Positions 58,865 through 64,000 of a stretch of 64,000 nucleotides of DNA are shown in pieces. The stretch lies in the NCBI GenBank assembly GCA_951406725.2, contig OX597825.1, positions 73,346,001 through 73,410,000 of the forward strand. The letters are read 5' to 3'. This DNA comes from Octopus vulgaris. Its lineage: Eukaryota. A program made the position numbers and the translations under genes. Position 1 is the first letter of the stretch. The number at the start of each line of letters is the position of its first letter. A model generated the notes under the pieces. The model was not told the origin of the DNA. It saw only the letters and a list, made by a program, of their open reading frames with translations, and made no database searches.

Positions 58865-59380
58865 AGATGGTATAGGCACACACCAGAAAAGGTCACAGAA
58901 AACAAGAAAGCAACCATACTCTGGGATATGCCAATACACACAGATAGAGTAATTAAGGCCAACAGACCAGATATAGTTATCAGAGATCATGAAGAAAAAA
59001 AAATGCTTTCTAATTGATGTATCAATACCAGCAGATGACAACGTGTTTCTAAAAGAAATGGAGAAACTTTCAAAATACAAAGGCCTGGAAATAGAGGTAA
59101 CTCGAATGTGGAATCTAAAAACAGAAACAATTCCTATCATAGTAGGTGCATTAGGCATGATAAAAAAATATTCAGACAAATACATAACAAAAACACCAGG
59201 ACTTACAAACACATATAACATACAGAAAATTAAACTGTTAGGCACTGCACACATCCTACGCAGAACACCTTCAATACAGTAACCATCAGAGCATCATAAC
59301 AAACCACAGCACACACCCAAGGCACACAGAGCTGTGCTCGGTAGGGAAGTGAAAGCACGCTATAAAAATAAAACTACTGA
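58865..59380 (+). mobile_element. RLE-type non-LTR retrotransposon 3' end (R4/Dong-like) inside (TAA)n
   Basis: RWYRHTPEKVTENKKATILWDMPIHTDRVIKANRPDIVIRDHEEKK [+1 shift in A-run] CFLIDVSIPADDNVFLKEMEKLSKYKGLEIEVTRMWNLKTETIPIIVGALG...GTAHILRR*: PD..D restriction-like endonuclease motifs; (TAA)n on both sides. Confidence 0.92.
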
Positions 59381-59395
59381 ATGATAATAATAATG

Positions 59396-59457
<62 letters not shown>

Positions 59458-59472
59458 TATAATAATAATAAT

Positions 59473-59929
59473 CTGGTGCAGTACCAGGCACAAGCTCTCA
59501 TGGCTTCTGATCTTAACTGATTGGAAGTGTTGTCATATACATTGTTTTGTCTTGACATGAAAGATGGGCTACAGCAAATATTCTGCTCAGTACCATAGAT
59601 TTGCTTCTCTGTTGTTTGACCTTAACCAGTAGGGAATATCCCTTTGTGGCTGGCAATATGTGCATCTCTAATCATGAGCAGAAGTAGTGGGGGAGCATCA
59701 AAGCCATGTGTTAAGTGGAATTCTTTAGGGTTTGAATAATTCACATCTGGAAACATGGGTGTCTTGTTCATCATCCTTAAACAAACCTTATTCAGGGACC
59801 ATTTGAGCAGGATGGGCTACTCGACCAGAAGAAAATTCTAACTGGGCCCCCATCTGCAAAGTCATGCACTGTTTATCTTGATATGAGATTACTAAGTCGC
59901 ACACATATGGTTGTGATGCATGTGCCTGA

Positions 59930-59934
<5 letters not shown>
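59473..59934 (+). mobile_element. Family E repeat (3' part lost) following (TAA)n
   Basis: Homologous to 55157-55686. Confidence 0.85.
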
Positions 59935-59960
<26 letters not shown>

Positions 59961-60080
59961 GGTGAATTCTCTCATTGAAGACGATGAATGAGGGTTCAGT
60001 AAATAACCTTCAACAATTCCTAAGCCCTATGACACTGCATGTGTACCTTCAATCCAGCAGATGTCTTGCACACTTTCTCG

Positions 60081-60123
<43 letters not shown>

Positions 60124-60594
60124 GACGGCTTCTTTCTGTTTCTGTCTACCAAATCCACTCACAAGGCTTTGGTCGGCCCAAGGCTATAGTAGAAGACACT
60201 TGCCCAAGGTGTCACACAGTGGGAATGAACCCGGAACCATGTGGCTGGTAAGCAAGCTACTTACCACACAGCCACTCTTAGCACAAACACTGGGTGAAGT
60301 CGCTTCAATGATTCTCCACTGTTGCTATTTGCTCACCATAGTTACGTTATCAATGATCTTAATAAAGCTGTGAAGATCACACCTACTGTTTATAACTGCC
60401 GCCTTGCTTCTCTCATCTTTCTCAAAGTCGTTACAGTTACTGATACATTAGCATTAATGCCTGATTAGGAAAGTTCAATCAATTAATTAAATTCTCTTAG
60501 CTGGCATGAAATAAACAAGAATGACAATTTCTTTCAACTTTGCAAAAGGTGAACTTCTGCTGAAAAGCTGGGTTTTAATCCAGAGAGAGTACAT

Positions 60595-60790
60595 CATCAT
60601 CATTATCCTCCTCCTCATCCACTTTATCACTCTCATCCTTCTCTTCATCATCATCCTCATCCTCTTCATCCTCATCCTCCTCATCATCATAATCTTCGTC
60701 TTCATCATCGTCACCACCATCACTATCACCACCATCATAATCATCATCATTATCCTTGTCATTATCATCTTCCTCATCTCCATCATCTCA
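60595..60790. repeat. Degenerate (CAT/CCT)n tract
   Basis: Direct reading. Confidence 0.85.
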
Positions 60791-60794
60791 AACA

Positions 60795-60977
60795 CCCCAG
60801 GACTCATTCTTTGTAAGCCTAGTACTTATTCTTTTGGTCTCTTTTGCTGAACCGCTAAGTTACAGGGACACAAACACACCAACACTGGTTGTCAAGCGAC
60901 GGTGGGGTGACAAACACAGACACACAAATATATACACACATACATACACACACACACTCACACACACACACACACAT

Positions 60978-61018
<41 letters not shown>

Positions 61019-61194
61019 CACACTTATATACGACAGGCTTCTTTCAGTTTCTGCCTACCAAATCCACTCACAAGACTTTGGTCGCCCTAAGGCTTTAGTA
61101 GAAGACACTTGCCCAAGGTGCCATGCAGTGGGACTGAACCTGGAACCATGCAGTTGGTAAGCAAGCTACTTACCACACAGCCACCCCTGTGCCT
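60795..61194 (-). mobile_element. SINE family A
   Basis: Reverse complement of the consensus; further partial copies at about 30345-30447, 44715-44930, 45685-45900, 48895-49100 and 60120-60280. Confidence 0.82.
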
Positions 61195-62361
61195 ATATGA
61201 TACGACTTTTAAGACAATGATCGGTTATTAGGGTTCATTAGAATAAAATAGGAATCAAAAGGGTCCATAGGTGAGAAATGGTTGAGAACCACTGTACTGT
61301 AGAATTGTTAGGCTTGCTAGAAATAGCAATCAAATCCTATCAAATTTCACATCCCAAGGTTTTGATTTCAAACCTGCTGAACTCATATTTTGTCTTTCGT
61401 AGCCCCTTGTGGGCAGTAAAGAGACATGGTACCAATGGTACCAAGACATACTTGTTTGCAAGCAAGGGCTATGGGTCATATTTTTAGTGCCCAGGCAAAC
61501 GTGACAAACTTCTCTGTATCTAAACTAACAAGATGATGTCATGTAGTAATGTAAAAGAATATGAGAATGAAGGCCACATGTGTCCATCTTTGTGTTCTCC
61601 AATAAAAATTCTCTGATAAACACATAGCACTTGACAAGGAAATCAAAAGAGGCTGCCAGTGTCTGATGTCATAAGGACGGAAGGAAATTAACCTTTTTGA
61701 TATCATATTTCTGAAGAACTACGCGGCTTTTGTTTCAATCAATTTTAAAATAATGAAGAATTTAGTAAAATAAGCTGGCGTTTGAAACAAATTAACACGA
61801 AATTTTGATGGAGAGTTTTAATTTGGATCTATTAACCCCTTTTGTTACTGTATTCCTGTTGAAATACACTGGCTTTCGTTCAATTAATTTGGAAAATAAT
61901 GAAGGATTTAATAAAATAATTTTGTCATTAAGAAGCTGGTGTTTGAAACATAATTTGACATAAAATTTTGATGGAATTTTCTAATTTAGGTCTCTTTAAG
62001 CCTTTTTGATATCATATTTCTGTTGAAAACATTTTGGTTTCAACTAATTTTGAAGATAATGAAGTATTTTTAAAAATAATTTTCTCATTATCAAGGTGTT
62101 AGAAAAGGTATCCAACCATAGAAACCACGTGAAAGCCAACAGTGGCATTTGGTGCAGTTCTCTGGTGCACTGGCATAGAAAACATATTAAATGGTGATAA
62201 GATGATATTTGAGACAAAAATAAACTTGAAATTTCGATGGAAAGATTTAATTTTGATAATTTTAAAACATGAGGTTTGTAATATAAAACTAGGGTGGTTC
62301 TCGGGTGGGGGTTAGTATTCAAAGGGTTAACATGAAATTGTGATGGAAAGATTTAATTTTG

Positions 62362-62613
62362 CAGTGTGGAAGGTGTTTATAAGCCATTTAAGAAACACAC
62401 AAAACCGTTAGATTCACTTCAACATTTAAATTTAATTTGTCAAAATATTTTCGTCGCTTTAAGACTGCGACCTGTTCACTGACAAAACTTCAAGATGCAG
62501 CACGAAGTTTTTGTGTGTTTCTTAAATGGCTTATAAACACCTTCCACGCTGCAATTGTTTTCGTTCCAGCACACGATCTAAGATCAAGTCACTCGCTATG
62601 CAAGTACATCTCT
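62362..62613 (+). mobile_element. Inverted PLE-like insertion with 12-bp TSD
   Basis: TSD GATTTAATTTTG at 62350-62361 and 62614-62625; arms about 62362-62404 / 62509-62552; tail to 62613; variant hammerhead on the minus strand. Confidence 0.8.
62436..62486 (-). ncRNA. Candidate variant hammerhead (G3-C8 swapped core)
   Basis: TTTGTCA-GTGAACA-g GTCGC agtcttaaa GCGAC-GAAA-ATAT-TT|TGACAAA: 7-bp stem I, 5-bp stem II, AATATT palindromic stem III. Confidence 0.7.
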
Positions 62614-63159
62614 GATTTAATTTTGATGACTTTAAAACATGAGGTTTGTAATATAAAACTAGGGTGGTTCCCGCGGGGTGGGGGGGTTAATATTCAAAGG
62701 GTTAACATGAAATATTGATGGGAAGTTTTGATTTAGTTGACTCCAAAACAAGGAGTTTACATCATAGAACTAAGGATGGTCTCAGGCAGGTTGGTATCTG
62801 AAGGGTTAAAATGGATTTTGTCATCCTGTGTTTATCAGAAACTTGCCTCAGACAATAGAAACAAATAGAATATCAATTGTTGATTAACTAAAGAAGTTAT
62901 GATGGTGCCAGGAATATTTGCTGAGATATTTCATTTAATCAAAATGAGATTAAATACTTAATTTAGCAGAGTGGAAATGGTGAGAGGAGCTAAAAGAAAG
63001 AAACTTGGAATAAGAATGGTAGAAATTTCTGGAAGTCATTTCGTGTATTTTTGGTGTTTAATTCAGTCTTCATACCAAATTAGGAAGAATTAAATTCTGA
63101 ATAAAGCTTGAAATATTGGTTTCAAATTCTGGGACAATGTTACAATGAAAATATAACAT

Positions 63160-63576
63160 GCGCAGGAGTGGCTGTGTGGTAAGTAGCTTGCTAACCAACC
63201 ACATGGTTCCGGGTTCAGTCCCACTGCGTGGCATCTTGGGCGAGTGTCTTCTGCTATAGCCCTGGGCCGACCAATGCCTTGTGAGTGGATTTGGTAGACG
63301 GAAACTGAAAGAAGCCTGTCGTATATATGTATATATATATATATGTGTGTGTGTTTGTGTGTCTGTGTTTGTCCCCCTAGCATTGCTTGACAACCGATGC
63401 TGGTGTGTTTACGTCCCCGTTACTTAGTGGTTCGGCAAAAAAGAGACCGATAGAATAAGTACTGGGCTTACAAAGAATAAGTCCCGGGGTCGATTTGCTC
63501 GACTAAAGGCGGTGCTCCAGCATGGCCGCAGTCAAATGACTGAAACAAGTAAAAGAGTAAAAGAGTAAAAAAGAGT
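63160..63576 (+). mobile_element. SINE family A, young full-length copy
   Basis: gcgcaggagtggctgtgtggtaag...ggttcagtcccactgcg...ccagcatggccgcagtcaaatgactgaaacaag with (TAAAAGAG)n tail; CpGs retained. Confidence 0.9.
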
Positions 63577-63636
63577 ATGCCTGGCCAGCTTCTACCAAAC
63601 TGTCCAATCCATGCCAGCAAGGAAGGGGGACATTAA

Positions 63637-63857
63637 CCCTTTCGTTACTGCATATATTTTGAGATGTTCTGTGTTTCTTTCAATTACTTTAAATATAACA
63701 AAGAATTTAGTAAATAACTTAGTTATTATTAAAGCTAGTGTTAGGAACATAAATTGTGACTAAGGTTTGATGGAAGATTTTAATTTAGAACTTTTGGAAA
63801 CAAGACATTTGTATTACAGACCCAGAGCTGGTTTCAGCTGGGTTGGTAATGAAAGGG
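63637..63857 (-). mobile_element. TTAA MITE, second copy of 67-286
   Basis: TTAA at 63633-63636 and 63858-63861; TIR CCCTTTCGTTAC / GTAATGAAAGGG; body is the reverse complement of 67-286. Confidence 0.85.
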
Positions 63858-64000
63858 TTAAATGAATAATAATAATAATAATGATAATACTAATGGTTTC
63901 AAATTTTGCCACAAGGGCAGCAATTTTGGTAAGGAGGAGGTAAGTCGATTATATCGACCCCAGTGTTTTACTGGTACTTAATTTATTGACCCTGAAAGGA

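Larger units (their letters stand above)
61688..62809. mobile_element. Cluster of degenerate TTAA-type MITE pieces
   Basis: TTAA-(C)CTTT starts at 61688, 61831 and 61996; AAGGG-TTAA ends at about 62330, 62705 and 62809; internal similarity to 63637-63857. Confidence 0.6.

Noticed and set aside
59961-60085. Short hairpin plus unique tail between TA runs
   Set aside because: It could be an extremely truncated fold-back insertion, but the arms are only about 12 bp and there is no ribozyme or homologue in the window

Overview
AT-rich, microsatellite-saturated eukaryotic non-coding DNA. The SINE repertoire and simple-repeat content suggest an octopus/cephalopod genome (inference from repeat style, not verified). 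No intact host protein-coding gene is supported, and almost all listed ORFs are translations of (TA)n/(CA)n/(TAA)n/(GAA)n repeats or SINEs. The dominant hidden signal is a dense set (>10) of fold-back insertions from several sequence families. They have the form inverted arm + arm + unpaired one-sided tail, sit mostly inside (TA)n, and carry minimal type-I hammerhead ribozyme motifs (CUGAnGA...GAAA, palindromic stem III). One retains the C-terminus of a Penelope-like GIY-YIG endonuclease ORF, so they are best read as 5'-truncated, inverted Penelope-like retroelements. Two hammerheads carry compensatory core variants (G3-C8 and U3-A8). Also present: two (TAA)n-embedded R4/Dong-like RLE retrotransposon 3' ends and a ~550-bp non-coding element with the same target and polarity, an RTE LINE 3' end with a 13-bp TSD, mariner remnants, TTAA (piggyBac-type) and TA MITEs, several tRNA-derived SINE families, and a 77-bp higher-order minisatellite.
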